Shown here: piece by piece, positions 24,271 to 39,900 of the stretch
Layout of the letters: each line of letters begins with the position of its first letter
Numbering within the stretch: the first letter of the stretch is position 1
From: Auanema rhodensis
Taxonomy: Eukaryota > Animalia > Nematoda
DNA length: 64,000 nucleotides
Assembly (NCBI GenBank): GCA_964057225.1
Contig: OZ059900.1
Location: forward strand, 24,986,001 to 25,050,000
Direction of reading: 5' to 3'
The notes under the pieces: generated by a model
Seen by the model: only the letters and a program-made list of their open reading frames with translations
Databases searched by the model: none
Told to the model about the DNA's origin: nothing
Made by a program: the position numbers and the translations under genes

Positions 24271-27200
24271 TATTTCTCATGGGAAATACTGTGTTTTTGT
24301 ATTTTTCTAGTGTTCAGCATGTAAAATGCTTCATTTTAGTATGTAACACGCTGAAATTCGTTGCATTTGACGACTCATATGAACAAAAATCGATTTAATC
24401 AATATTAGCCATAAGGGGCGTGCCCTCAGAATATGCTAATTTCCTTAATTTTCTAACCCCTGTTTTTTTGTCGTGAAAGTGGAACTAGACGTTGTACGAA
24501 CAATTTTGAGCTAGGTTTCATTGACATTGCATGAGTTTGAACACATGAAATCGTAAGTCAAAACCTTGTTTACAGCGAAATTTCCAAAAACTGGTTTTCC
24601 AGCATAATAAAATATTTCTCAAGGGAAAAACTGTGTTTTTATATTTTTCTAGTGTTCAGCATGTAAAATGCTTCATTTTGATATGTAAAACGCTGAAATT
24701 CGTTGCATTTGACGACTCATATGAACAAAAATCGATTTTATCAATATTAGCCATAAGGGGCGTGCCCTCAGAATATGCTAATTTCCTTAATTTTCTAACC
24801 CCTGTTTTTTTGTCGTGAAAGTGGAACTAGACGTTGTACGAACAATTTTGAGCTAGGTTTCATTGACATTGCATGAGTTTGAACACATGAAATCGTAAGT
24901 CAAAACCTTGTTTACAGCGAAAATTCCAAAAACTGGTTTTCCAGCATAATAAAATATTTCTCAAGGGAAATACTGTGTTTTTGTATTTTTCTAGTGTTCA
25001 GCATGTAAAATGCTTCATTTTAGTATGTAACACGCTGAAATTCGTTGCATTTGACGACTCATATGAACAAAAATCGATTTTATCAATATTAGCCATAAGG
25101 GGCGTGCCCTCAGAATATGCTAATTTCCTTAATTTTCTAACCCCTGTTTTTTTGTCGTGAAAGTGGAACTAGACGTTGTACAAACAATTTTGAGCTAGGT
25201 TTCATTGACATTGCATGAGTTTGAACACATGAAATCGTAAGTCAAAACCTTGTTTACAGCGAAATTTCCAAAAACTGGTTTTCCAGCATAATAAAATATT
25301 TCTCATGGGAAATACTGTGTTTTTGTATTTTTCTAGTGTTCAGCATGTAAAATGCTTCATTTTAGTATGTAACACGCTGAAATTCGTTGCATTTGACGAC
25401 TCATATGAACAAAAATCGATTTAATCAATATTAGCCATAAGGGGCGTGCCCTCAGAATATGCTAATTTCCTTAATTTTCTAACCCCTGTTTTTTTGTCGT
25501 GAAAGTGGAACTAGACGTTGTACGAACAATTTTGAGCTAGGTTTCATTGACATTGCATGAGTTTGAACACATGAAATCGTAAGTCAAAACCTTGTTTACA
25601 GCGAAAATTCCAAAAACTGGTTTTCCAGCATAATAAAATATTTCTAATGGGAAATACTGTGTTTTTGTATTTTTCTAGTGTTCAGCATGTAAAATGGTTC
25701 CATTTAGTATGTAACACGCTGAAATTCGTTGCATTTGACGACTCATATGAACAAAAATCGATTTAATCAATATTAGCCATAAGGGGCGTGCCCTCAGAAT
25801 ATGCTAATTTCCTTAATTTTCTAACCCCTGTTTTTTTGTCGTGAAAGTGGAACTAGACGTTGTACGAACAATTTTAAGCTAGGTTTCATTGACATTGCAT
25901 GAGTTTGAACACATGAAATCGTAAGTCAAAACCTTGTTTACAGCGAAATTTCCAAAAACTGGTTTTCCAGCATAATAAAATATTTCTCATGGGAAATACT
26001 GTGTTTTTGTATTTTTCTAGTGTTCAGCATGTAAAATGCTTCATTTTAGTATGTAACACGCTGAAATTCGTTGCATTTGACGACTCATATGAACAAAAAT
26101 CGATTTAATCAATATTAGCCATAAGGGGCGTGCCCTCAGAATATGCTAATTTCCTTAATTTTCTAACCCCTGTTTTTTTGTCGTGAAAGTGGAACTAGAC
26201 GTTGTACGAACAATTTTGAGCTAGGTTTCATTGACATTGCATGAGTTTGAACACATGAAATCGTAAGTCAAAACCTTGTTTACAGCGAAATTTCCAAAAA
26301 CTGGTTTTCCAGCATAATAAAATATTTCTCAAGGGAAAAACTGTGTTTTTATATTTTTCTAGTGTTCAGCATGTAAAATGCTTCATTTTAATATGTAAAA
26401 CGCTGAAATTCGTTGCATTTGACGACTCATATGAACAAAAATCGATTTAATCAATATTAGCCATAAGGGGCGTGCCCTCAGAATATGCTAATTTCCTTAA
26501 TTTTCTAACCCCTGTTTTTTTGTCGTGAAAGTGGAACTAGACGTTGTACGAACAATTTTGAGCTAGGTTTCATTGACATTGCATGAGTTTGAACACATGA
26601 AATCGTAAGTCAAAACCTTGTTTACAGCGAAATTTCCAAAAACTGGTTTTCCAGCATAATAAAATATTTCTCATGGGAAATACTGTGTTTTTGTATTTTT
26701 TTAGTGTTCAGCATGTAAAATGCTTCGTTTTAGTATGTAAAACGCTGAAATTCGTTGCATTTGACGACTCATATGAACAAAAATCGATTTTATCAATATT
26801 AGCCATAAGGAGCGTGCCCTCAGAATATGCTAATTTCCTTAATTTTCTAACCCCTGTTTTTTTGTCGTGAAAGTGGAACTAGACGTTGTACGAACAATTT
26901 TGAGCTAGGTTTCATTGACATTGCATGAGTTTGAACACATGAAATCGTAAGTCAAAACCTTGTTTACAGCGAAATTTCCAAAAACTGGTTTTCCAGCATA
27001 ATAAAATATTTCTCATGGGAAATACAGTGTTTTTGTATTTTTTTAGTGTTCAGCATGTAAAATGCGTCATTTTAGTATGTAAAACGCTGAAATTCGTTGC
27101 ATTTGACGACTCATATGAACAAAAATCGATTTTATCAATATTAGCCATAAGGGGCGTGCCCTCAGAATATGCTAATTTCCTTAATTTTCTAACCCCTGTT

Positions 27201-30200
27201 TTTTTGTCGTGAAAGTGGAACTAGACGTTGTACGAACAATTTTGAGCTAGGTTTCATTGACATTGCATGAGTTTGAACACATGAAATCGTAAGTCAAAAC
27301 CTTGTTTACAGCGAAATTTCCAAAAACTGGTTTTCCACCATAATAAAAAATTTCTCAAGCGAAAAACTGTGTTTTTATATTTTTCTAGTGTTCAGCATGT
27401 AAAATGCTTCATTTTAATATGTGACACGCTGAAATTTGTTGCATTTGACGACTCATATGAACAAAAATCGATTTAATCAATATTAGCCATAAGGGGCGTG
27501 CCCTCAGAATATGCTAATTTCCTTAATTTTCTAACCCCTGTTTTTTTGTCGTGAAAGTGGAACTAGACGTTGTACGAACAATTTTGAGCTAGGTTTCATT
27601 GACATTGCATGAGTTTGAACACATGAAATCGTAAGTCAAAACCTTGTTTACAGCGAAATTTCCAAAAACTGGTTTTCCAGCATAATAAAATATTTCTCAT
27701 GGGAAATACTGTGTTTTTGTATTTTTCTAGTGTTCAGCATGTAAAATGCTTCATCTTAGTATGTAACACGCTGAAATTCGTTGCATTTGACGACTCATAT
27801 GAACAAAAATCGATTTAATCAATATTAGCCATAAGGGGCGTGCCCTCAGAATATGCTAATTTCCTTAATTTTCTAACCCCTGTTTTTTTGTCGTGAAAGT
27901 GGAACTAGACGTTGTACGAACAATTTTGAGCTAGGTTTCATTGACATTGCATGAGTTTGAACACATGAAATCGTAAGTCAAAACCTTGTTTACAGCGAAA
28001 TTTCCAAAAACTGGTTTTCCACCATAATAAAATATTTCTCAAGGGAAATACTGTGTTTTTGTATTTTTCTAGTGTTCAGCATGTAAAATGCTTTATTTTA
28101 GTATGTAACACGCTGAAATTCGTTGCATTTGACGACTCATATGAACAAAAATCGATTTAATCAATATTAGCCATAAGGGGCGTGCCCTCAGAATATGCTA
28201 ATTTCCTTAATTTTCTAACCCCTGTTTTTTTGTCGTGAAAGTGGAACTAGACGTTGTACGAACAATTTTGAGCTAGGTTTCATTGACATTGCATGAGTTT
28301 GAACACATGAAATCGTAAGTCAAAACCTTGTTTACAGCGAAATTTCCAAAAACTGGTTTTCCAGCATAATAAAATATTTCTCAAGGGAAAAACTGTGTTT
28401 TTATATTTTTCTAGTGTTCAGCATGTAAAATGCTTCATTTTGATATGTAAAACGCTGAAATTCGTTGCATTTGACGACTCATATGAACAAAAATCGATTT
28501 TATCAATATTAGCCATAAGGGGCGTGCCCTCAGAATATGCTAATTTCCTTAATTTTCTAACCCCTGTTTTTTTGTCGTGAAAGTGGAACTAGACGTTGTA
28601 CGAACAATTTTGAGCTAGGTTTCATTGACATTGCATGAGTTTGAACACATGAAATCGTAAGTCAAAACCTTGTTTACAGCGAAATTTCCAAAAACTGGTT
28701 TTCCAGCATAATAAAATATTTCTCATGGGAAATACTGTGTTTTTGTATTTTTCTAGTGTTCAGCATGTAAAATGCTTCATCTTAGTATGTAACACGCTGA
28801 AATTCGTTGCATTTGACGACTCATATGAACAAAAATCGATTTAATCAATATTAGCCATAAGGGGCGTGCCCTCAGAATATGCTAATTTCCTTAATTTTCT
28901 AACCCCTGTTTTTTTGTCGTGAAAGTGGAACTAGACGTTGTACGAACAATTTTGAGCTAGGTTTCATTGACATTGCATGAGTTTGAACACATGAAATCGT
29001 AAGTCAAAACCTTGTTTACAGCGAAATTTCCAAAAACTGGTTTTCCACCATAATAAAATATTTCTCAAGGGAAATACTGTGTTTTTGTATTTTTCTAGTG
29101 TTCAGCATGTAAAATGCTTCATTTTAGTATGTAACACGCTGAAATTCGTTGCATTTGACGACTCATATGAACAAAAATCGATTTAATCAATATTAGCCAT
29201 AAGGGGCGTGCCCTCAGAATATGCTAATTTCCTTAATTTTCTAACCCCTGTTTTTTTGTCGTGAAAGTGGAACTAGACGTTGTACGAACAATTTTGAGCT
29301 AGGTTTCATTGACATTGCATGAGTTTGAACACATGAAATCGTAAGTCAAAACCTTGTTTACAGCGAAATTTCCAAAAACTGGTTTTCCAGCATAATAAAA
29401 TATTTCTCAAGGGAAAAACTGTGTTTTTATATTTTTCTAGTGTTCAGCATGTAAAATGCTTCATTTTGATATGTAAAACGCTGAAATTCGTTGCATTTGA
29501 CGACTCATATGAACAAAAATCGATTTTATCAATATTAGCCATAAGGGGCGTGCCCTCAGAATATGCTAATTTCCTTAATTTTCTAACCCCTGTTTTTTTG
29601 TCGTGAAAGTGGAACTAGACGTTGTACGAACAATTTTGAGCTAGGTTTCATTGACATTGCATGAGTTTGAACACATGAAATCGTAAGTCAAAACCTTGTT
29701 TACAGCGAAATTTCCAAAAACTGGTTTTCCAGCATAATAAAATATTTCTCATGGGAAATACTGTGTTTTTGTATTTTTCTAGTGTTCAGCATGTAAAATG
29801 CTTCATTTTAGTATGTAACACGCTGAAATTCGTTGCATTTGACGACTCATATGAACAAAAATCGATTTAATCAATATTAGCCATAAGGGGCGTGCCCTCA
29901 GAATATGCTAATTTCCTTAATTTTCTAACCCCTGTTTTTTTGTCGTGAAAGTGGAACTAGACGTTGTACGAACAATTTTGAGCTAGGTTTCATTGACATT
30001 GCATGAGTTTGAACACATGAAATCGTAAGTCAAAACCTTGTTTACAGCGAAATTTCCAAAAACTGGTTTTCCAGCATAATAAAATATTTCTCATGGGAAA
30101 TACTGTGTTTTTGTATTTTTTTAGTGTTCAGCATGTAAAATGCGTCATTTTAGTATGTAAAACGCTGAAATTCGTTGCATTTGACGACTCATATGAACAA

Positions 30201-33200
30201 AAATCGATTTTATCAATATTAGCCATAAGGAGCGTGCCCTCAGAATATGCTAATTTCCTTAATTTTCTAACCCCTGTTTTTTTGTCGTGAAAGTGGAACT
30301 AGACGTTGTACGAACAATTTTGAGCTAGGTTTCATTGACATTGCATGAGTTTGAACACATGAAATCGTAAGTCAAAACCTTGTTTACAGCGAAATTTCCA
30401 AAAACTGGTTTTCCAGCATAATAAAATATTTCTCATGGGAAATACAGTGTTTTTGTATTTTTTTAGTGTTCAGCATGTAAAATGCGTCATTTTAGTATGT
30501 AAAACGCTGAAATTCGTTGCATTTGACGACTCATATGAACAAAAATCGATTTTATCAATATTAGCCATAAGGGGCGTGCCCTCAGAATATGCTAATTTCC
30601 TTAATTTTCTAACCCCTGTTTTTTTGTCGTGAAAGTGGAACTAGACGTTGTACAAACAATTTTGAGCTAGGTTTCATTGACATTGCATGAGTTTGAACAC
30701 ATGAAATCGTAAGTCAAAACCTTGTTTACAGCGAAATTTCCAAAAACTGGTTTTCCAGCATAATAAAATATTTCTCATGGGAAATACTGTGTTTTTGTAT
30801 TTTTCTAGTGTTCAGCATGTAAAATGCTTCATTTTAGTATGTAACACGCTGAAATTCGTTGCATTTGACGACTCATATGAACAAAAATCGATTTAATCAA
30901 TATTAGCCATAAGGGGCGTGCCCTCAGAATATGCTAATTTCCTTAATTTTCTAACCCTTGTTTTTTTGTCGTGAAAGTGGAACTAGACGTTGTACGAACA
31001 ATTTTGAGCTAGGTTTCATTGACATTGCATGAGTTTGAACACATGAAATCGTAAGTCAAAACCTTGTTTACAGCGAAAATTCCAAAAACTGGTTTTCCAG
31101 CATAATAAAATATTTCTAATGGGAAATACTGTGTTTTTGTATTTTTCTAGTGTTCAGCATGTAAAATGGTTCCATTTAGTATGTAACACGCTGAAATTCG
31201 TTGCATTTGACGACTCATATGAACAAAAATCGATTTAATCAATATTAGCCATAAGGGGCGTGCCCTCAGAATATGCTAATTTCCTTAATTTTCTAACCCC
31301 TGTTTTTTTGTCGTGAAAGTGGAACTAGACGTTGTACGAACAATTTTGAGCTAGGTTTCATTGACATTGCATGAGTTTGAACACATGAAATCGTAAGTCA
31401 AAACCTTGTTTACAGCGAAATTTCCAAAAACTGGTTTTCCAGCATAATAAAATATTTCTCATGGGAAATACTGTGTTTTTGTATTTTTCTAGTGTTCAGC
31501 ATGTAAAATGCTTCATTTTAGTATGTAACACGCTGAAATTCGTTGCATTTGACGACTCATATGAACAAAAATCGATTTAATCAATATTAGCCATAAGGGG
31601 CGTGCCCTCAGAATATGCTAATTTCCTTAATTTTCTAACCCCTGTTTTTTTGTCGTGAAAGTGGAACTAGACGTTGTACGAACAATTTTGAGCTAGGTTT
31701 CATTGACATTGCATGAGTTTGAACACATGAAATCGTAAGTCAAAACCTTGTTTACAGCGAAATTTCCAAAAACTGGTTTTCCAGCATAATAAAATATTTC
31801 TCAAGGGAAAAACTGTGTTTTTATATTTTTCTAGTGTTCAGCATGTAAAATGCTTCATTTTAATATGTAAAACGCTGAAATTCGTTGCATTTGACGACTC
31901 ATATGAACAAAAATCGATTTAATCAATATTAGCCATAAGGGGCGTGCCCTCAGAATATGCTAATTTCCTTAATTTTCTAACCCCTGTTTTTTTGTCGTGA
32001 AAGTGGAACTAGACGTTGTACGAACAATTTTGAGCTAGGTTTCATTGACATTGCATGAGTTTGAACACATGAAATCGTAAGTCAAAACCTTGTTTACAGC
32101 GAAATTTCCAAAAACTGGTTTTCCACCATAATAAAAAATTTCTCAAGCGAAAAACTGTGTTTTTATATTTTTCTAGTGTTCAGCATGTAAAATGCTTCAT
32201 TTTAGTATGTGACACGCTGAAATTTGTTGCATTTGACGACTCATATGAACAAAAATCGATTTAATCAATATTAGCCATAAGGGGCGTGCCCTCAGAATAT
32301 GCTAATTTCCTTAATTTTCTAACCCCTGTTTTTTTGTCGTGAAAGTGGAACTAGACGTTGTACGAACAATTTTGAGCTAGGTTTCATTGACATTGCATGA
32401 GTTTGAACACATGAAATCGTAAGTCAAAACCTTGTTTACAGCGAAATTTCCAAAAACTGGTTTTCCAGCATAATAAAATATTTCTCATGGGAAATACTGT
32501 GTTTTTGTATTTTTCTAGTGTTCAGCATGTAAAATGCTTCATCTTAGTATGTAACACGCTGAAATTCGTTGCATTTGACGACTCATATGAACAAAAATCG
32601 ATTTAATCAATATTAGCCATAAGGGGCGTGCCCTCAGAATATGCTAATTTCCTTAATTTTCTAACCCCTGTTTTTTTGTCGTGAAAGTGGAACTAGACGT
32701 TGTACGAACAATTTTGAGCTAGGTTTCATTGACATTGCATGAGTTTGAACACATGAAATCGTAAGTCAAAACCTTGTTTACAGCGAAATTTCCAAAAACT
32801 GGTTTTCCACCATAATAAAATATTTCTCAAGGGAAATACTGTGTTTTTGTATTTTTCTAGTGTAAAGCATGTAAAATGCTTTATTTTAGTATGTAACACG
32901 CTGAAATTCGTTGCATTTGACGACTCATATGAACAAAAATCGATTTAATCAATATTAGCCATAAGGGGCGTGCCCTCAGAATATGCTAATTTCCTTAATT
33001 TTCTAACCCCTGTTTTTTTGTCGTGAAAGTGGAACTAGACGTTGTACGAACAATTTTGAGCTAGGTTTCATTGACATTGCATGAGTTTGAACACATGAAA
33101 TCGTAAGTCAAAACCTTGTTTACAGCGAAATTTCCAAAAACTGGTTTTCCAGCATAATAAAATATTTCTAATGGGAAATACTGTGTTTTTGTATTTTTCT

Positions 33201-36200
33201 AGTGTTCAGCATGTAAAATGGTTCCATTTAGTATGTAACACGCTGAAATTCGTTGCATTTGACGACTCATATGAACAAAAATCGATTTAATCAATATTAG
33301 CCATAAGGGGCGTGCCCTCAGAATATGCTAATTTCCTTAATTTTCTAACCCCTGTTTTTTTGTCGTGAAAGTGGAACTAGACGTTGTACGAACAATTTTG
33401 AGCTAGGTTTCATTGACATTGCATGAGTTTGAACACATGAAATCGTAAGTCAAAACCTTGTTTACAGCGAAATTTCCAAAAACTGGTTTTCCAGCATAAT
33501 AAAATATTTCTCATGGGAAATACTGTGTTTTTGTATTTTTCTAGTGTTCAGCATGTAAAATGCTTCATTTTAGTATGTAACACGCTGAAATTCGTTGCAT
33601 TTGACGACTCATATGAACAAAAATCGATTTAATCAATATTAGCCATAAGGGGCGTGCCCTCAGAATATGCTAATTTCCTTAATTTTCTAACCCCTGTTTT
33701 TTTGTCGTGAAAGTGGAACTAGACGTTGTACGAACAATTTTGAGCTAGGTTTCATTGACATTGCATGAGTTTGAACACATGAAATCGTAAGTCAAAACCT
33801 TGTTTACAGCGAAATTTCCAAAAACTGGTTTTCCAGCATAATAAAATATTTCTCAAGGGAAAAACTGTGTTTTTATATTTTTCTAGTGTTCAGCATGTAA
33901 AATGCTTCATTTTAATATGTAAAACGCTGAAATTCGTTGCATTTGACGACTCATATGAACAAAAATCGATTTAATCAATATTAGCCATAAGGGGCGTGCC
34001 CTCAGAATATGCTAATTTCCTTAATTTTCTAACCCCTGTTTTTTTGTCGTGAAAGTGGAACTAGACGTTGTACGAACAATTTTGAGCTAGGTTTCATTGA
34101 CATTGCATGAGTTTGAACACATGAAATCGTAAGTCAAAACCTTGTTTACAGCGAAATTTCCAAAAACTGGTTTTCCAGCATAATAAAATATTTCTCAAGG
34201 GAAAAACTGTGTTTTTATATTTTTCTAGTGTTCAGCATGTAAAATGCTTCATTTTAATATGTAAAACGCTGAAATTCGTTGCATTTGACGACTCATATGA
34301 ACAAAAATCGATTTAATCAATATTAGCCATAAGGGGCGTGCCCTCAGAATATGCTAATTTCCTTAATTTTCTAACCCCTGTTTTTTTGTCGTGAAAGTGG
34401 AACTAGACGTTGTACGAACAATTTTGAGCTAGGTTTCATTGACATTGCATGAGTTTGAACACATGAAATCGTAAGTCAAAACCTTGTTTACAGCGAAATT
34501 TCCAAAAACTGGTTTTCCAGCATAATAAAATATTTCTAATGGGAAATACTGTGTTTTTGTATTTTTCTAGTGTTCAGCATGTAAAATGGTTCCATTTAGT
34601 ATGTAACACGCTGAAATTCGTTGCATTTGACGACTCATATGAACAAAAATCGATTTAATCAATATTAGCCATAAGGGGCGTGCCCTCAGAATATGCTAAT
34701 TTCCTTAATTTTCTAACCCCTGTTTTTTTGTCGTGAAAGTGGAACTAGACGTTGTACGAACAATTTTGAGCTAGGTTTCATTGACATTGCATGAGTTTGA
34801 ACACATGAAATCGTAAGTCAAAACCTTGTTTACAGCGAAATTTCCAAAAACTGGTTTTCCAGCATAATAAAATATTTCTCATGGGAAATACTGTGTTTTT
34901 GTATTTTTCTAGTGTTCAGCATGTAAAATGCTTCATTTTAGTATGTAACACGCTGAAATTCGTTGCATTTGACGACTCATATGAACAAAAATCGATTTAA
35001 TCAATATTAGCCATAAGGGGCGTGCCCTCAGAATATGCTAATTTCCTTAATTTTCTAACCCCTGTTTTTTTGTCGTGAAAGTGGAACTAGACGTTGTACG
35101 AACAATTTTGAGCTAGGTTTCATTGACATTGCATGAGTTTGAACACATGAAATCGTAAGTCAAAACCTTGTTTACAGCGAAATTTCCAAAAACTGGTTTT
35201 CCAGCATAATAAAATATTTCTCATGGGAAATACTGTGTTTTTGTATTTTTTTAGTGTTCAGCATGTAAAATGCTTCGTTTTAGTATGTAAAACGCTGAAA
35301 TTCGTTGCATTTGACGACTCATATGAACAAAAATCGATTTTATCAATATTAGCCATAAGGGGCGTGCCCTCAGAATATGCTAATTTCCTTAATTTTCTAA
35401 CCCCTGTTTTTTTGTCGTGAAAGTGGAACTAGACGTTGTACGAACAATTTTGAGCTAGGTTTCATTGACATTGCATGAGTTTGAACACATGAAATCGTAA
35501 GTCAAAACCTTGTTTACAGCGAAATTTCCAAAAACTGGTTTTCCAGCATAATAAAATATTTCTCATGGGAAATACAGTGTTTTTGTATTTTTTTAGTGTT
35601 CAGCATGTAAAATGCGTCATTTTAGTATGTAAAACGCTGAAATTCGTTGCATTTGACGACTCATATGAACAAAAATCGATTTTATCAATATTAGCCATAA
35701 GGGGCGTGCCCTCAGAATATGCTAATTTCCTTAATTTTCTAACCCCTGTTTTTTTGTCGTGAAAGTGGAACTAGACGTTGTACGAACAATTTTGAGCTAG
35801 GTTTCATTGACATTGCATGAGTTTGAACACATGAAATCGTAAGTCAAAACCTTGTTTACAGCGAAATTTCCAAAAACTGGTTTTCCACCATAATAAAAAA
35901 TTTCTCAAGCGAAAAACTGTGTTTTTATATTTTTCTAGTGTTCAGCATGTAAAATGCTTCATTTTAGTATGTGACACGCTGAAATTTGTTGCATTTGACG
36001 ACTCATATGAACAAAAATCGATTTAATCAATATTAGCCATAAGGGGCGTGCCCTCAGAATATGCTAATTTCCTTAATTTTCTAACCCCTGTTTTTTTGTC
36101 GTGAAAGTGGAACTAGACGTTGTACGAACAATTTTGAGCTAGGTTTCATTGACATTGCATGAGTTTGAACACATGAAATCGTAAGTCAAAACCTTGTTTA

Positions 36201-36924
36201 CAGCGAAATTTCCAAAAACTGGTTTTCCAGCATAATAAAATATTTCTCATGGGAAATACTGTGTTTTTGTATTTTTCTAGTGTTCAGCATGTAAAATGCT
36301 TCATCTTAGTATGTAACACGCTGAAATTCGTTGCATTTGACGACTCATATGAACAAAAATCGATTTAATCAATATTAGCCATAAGGGGCGTGCCCTCAGA
36401 ATATGCTAATTTCCTTAATTTTCTAACCCCTGTTTTTTTGTCGTGAAAGTGGAACTAGACGTTGTACGAACAATTTTGAGCTAGGTTTCATTGACATTGC
36501 ATGAGTTTGAACACATGAAATCGTAAGTCAAAACCTTGTTTACAGCGAAATTTCCAAAAACTGGTTTTCCACCATAATAAAATATTTCTCAAGGGAAATA
36601 CTGTGTTTTTGTATTTTTCTAGTGTAAAGCATGTAAAATGCTTTATTTTAGTATGTAACACGCTGAAATTCGTTGCATTTGACGACTCATATGAACAAAA
36701 ATCGATTTAATCAATATTAGCCATAAGGGGCGTGCCCTCAGAATATGCTAATTTCCTTAATTTTCTAACCCCTGTTTTTTTGTCGTGAAAGTGGAACTAG
36801 ACGTTGTACGAACAATTTTGAGCTAGGTTTCATTGACATTGCATGAGTTTGAACACATGAAATCGTAAGTCAAAACCTTGTTTACAGCGAAATTTCCAAA
36901 AACTGGTTTTCCAGCATAATAAAA
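24271..36924 (+). repeat. Modular HOR domain (8-, 6-, 4- and 7-monomer variants built from three modules)
   Basis: CTAATG/GGTTCC monomers at 25639, 31111, 33163 and 34531. CAAGCG/GTGAC monomers at 27349, 32137 and 35899, each followed by CATCTT then CAAG/CTTTA monomers. No indels in this domain. Confidence 0.8.
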
Positions 36925-39900
36925 TATTTCTCATGGGAAATACTGTGTTTTTGTATTTTTCTAGTGTTCAGCATGTAAAATGCTTCATTTTAGTATGTAA
37001 CACGCTGAAATTCGTTGCATTTGACGACTCATATGAACAAAAATCGATTTAATCAATATTAGCCATAAGGGGCGTGCCCTCAGAATATGCTAATTTCCTT
37101 AATTTTCTAACCCCTGATTTTTTGTCGTGAAAGTGGAACTAGACGTTGTACGAACAATTTTGAGCTAGGTTTCATTGACATTGCATGAGTTTGAACACAT
37201 GAAATCGTAAGTCAAAACCTTGTTTACAGCGAAATTTCCAAAAACTGGTTTTCCAGCATAATAAAATATTTCTCATGGGAAATACTGTGTTTTTGTATTT
37301 TTCTAGTGTTCAGCATGTAAAATGCTTCATTTTAGTATGTAAAACGCTGAATTTCGTTGCATTTGACGACTCATATGAACAAAAATCGATTTTATCAATA
37401 TTAGCCATAAGGGGCGTGCCCTCCGAATATGCTAATTTCCTTAATTTTCTAACCCCTGTTTTTTTGTCGTGAAAGTGGAACTAGACGTTGTACGAACAAT
37501 TTTGAGCTAGGTTTCATTGACATTGCATGAGTTTGAACACATGAAATCGTAAGTCAAAACCTTGTTTACAGCGAAATTTCCAAAAACTGGTTTTCCAGCA
37601 TAATAAAATATTTCTCATGGGAAAAACTGTGTTTTTGTATTTTTTTAGTGTTCAGCATGTAAAATGCTTCATCTTAGTATGTAAAACGCTGAAATTCGTT
37701 GCATTTGACGACTCATATGAACAAAAATCGATTTAATCAATATTAGCCATAAGGGGCGTGCCCTCAGAATATGCTAATTTCCTTAATTTTCTAACCCCTG
37801 TTTTTTTGTCGTGAAATTGGAACTAGACGTTGTACGAACAATTTTGAGCTAGGTTTCATTGACATTGCATGAGTTTGAACACATGAAATCGTAAGTCAAA
37901 ACCTTGTTTACAGCGAAATTTCCAAAAACTGGTTTTCCAGCATAATAAAATATTTCTCAAGGGAAAAACTGTGTTTTTGTATTTTTCTAGTGTTCAGCAT
38001 GTAAAATGCTTTATTTTAGTATGTAACACGCTGAAATTCGTTGCATTTGACGACTCATATGAACAAAAATCGATTTAATCAATATTAGCCATAAGTGGCG
38101 TGCCCTCCGAATATGCTAATTTCCTTAATTTTCTAACCCCTGTTTTTTTGTCGTGAAAGTGGAACTAGACGTTGTACGAACAATTTTGAGCTAGGTTTCA
38201 TTGACAGTGCATGAGTTTGAACACATGAAATCGTAAGTCAAAACCTTGTTTACAGCGAAATTTCCAAAAACTGGTTTTCCAGCATAATAAAATATTTCTC
38301 ATGGGAAATACTGTGTTTTTGTATTTTTTTAGTGTTCAGCATGTAAAATGCGTCATTTTAGTATGTAAAACGCTGAAATTCGTTGCATTTGACGACTCAT
38401 ATGAACAAAAAGCGATTTAATCAATATTATCCATAAGGGGCGTGCCCTCAGAATATGCTAATTTCCTTAATTTTCTAACCCCTGTTTTTTTGTCGTGAAA
38501 GTGGAACTAGACGTTGTACGAACAATTTTGAGCTAGGTTTCATTGACATTGCATGAGTTTGAACACATGAAATCGTAAGTCAAAACCTTGTTTACAGCGA
38601 AATTTCCAAAAACTGGTTTTCCAGCATAATAAAATATTTCTCATGGGAAATACTATGTTTTTGTATTTTTCTAGTGTTCAGCATGTAAAATGCTTCATTT
38701 TAGTATGTAAAACGCTGAAATTCGTTGCATTTGACGACTCATATGAACAAAAATCGATTTAATCAATATTAGCCATAAGGGGCGTGCCCTCAGAATATGC
38801 TAATTTCCTTAATTTTCTAACCCCTGATTTTTTGTCGTGAAAGTGGAACTAGACGTTGTACGAACAATTTTGAGCTAGGTTTCATTGACATTGCATGAGT
38901 TTGAACACATGAAATCGTAAGTCAAAACCTTGTTTACAGCGAAATTTCCAAAAACTGGTTTTCCAGCATAATAAAATATTTCTCATGGGAAATACTGTGT
39001 TTTCGTATTTTTCTAGTGTTCAGTATGTAAAATGTTTCATTTTAGTATGTAACACGCTGAAATTCGTTGCATTTGACGACTCATATGAACAAAAATCGAT
39101 TTAATCAATATTAGCCATAAGGGGCGTGCCCTCAGAATATGCTAATTTCCTTAATTTTCTAACCCCTGATTTTTTGTCGTGAAAGTGGAACTAGACGTTG
39201 TACGAACAATTTTGAGCTAGGTTTCATTGACATTGCATGAGTTTGAACACATGAAATCGTAAGTCAAAACCTTGTTTACAGCGAAATTTCCAAAAACTGG
39301 TTTTCCAGCATAATAAAATATTTCTCATGGGAAATACTGTGTTTTCGTATTTTTCTAGTGTTCAGTATGTAAAATGTTTCATTTTAGTATGTAACACGCT
39401 GAAATTCGTTGCATTTGACGACTCATATGAACAAAAATCGATTTAATCAATATTAGCCATAAGGGGCTTGCCCTCAGAATATGCTAATTTCCTTAATTTT
39501 CTAACCCCTGTTTTTTTGTCGTGAAAGTGGAACAAGACGTTGTACGAACAATTTTGAGCTAGGTTTCATTGACATTGCATGAGTTTGAACACATGAAATC
39601 GTAAGTCAAAACCTTGTTTACAGCGAAATTTCCAAAAACTGGTTTTCCAGCATAATAAAATATTTCTCATGGGAAATACTGTGTTTTTGTATTTTTTTAG
39701 TGTTCAGCATGTAAAATGCGTCATTTTAGTATGTAAAACGCTGAAATTCGTTGCATTTGACGACTCATATGAACAAAAAGCGATTTAATCAATATTATCC
39801 ATAAGGGGCGTGCCCTCAGAATATGCTAATTTCCTTAATTTTATAACCCCTGTTTTTTTGTCGTGAAAGTGGAACTAGACGTTGTACGAACAATTTTGAG

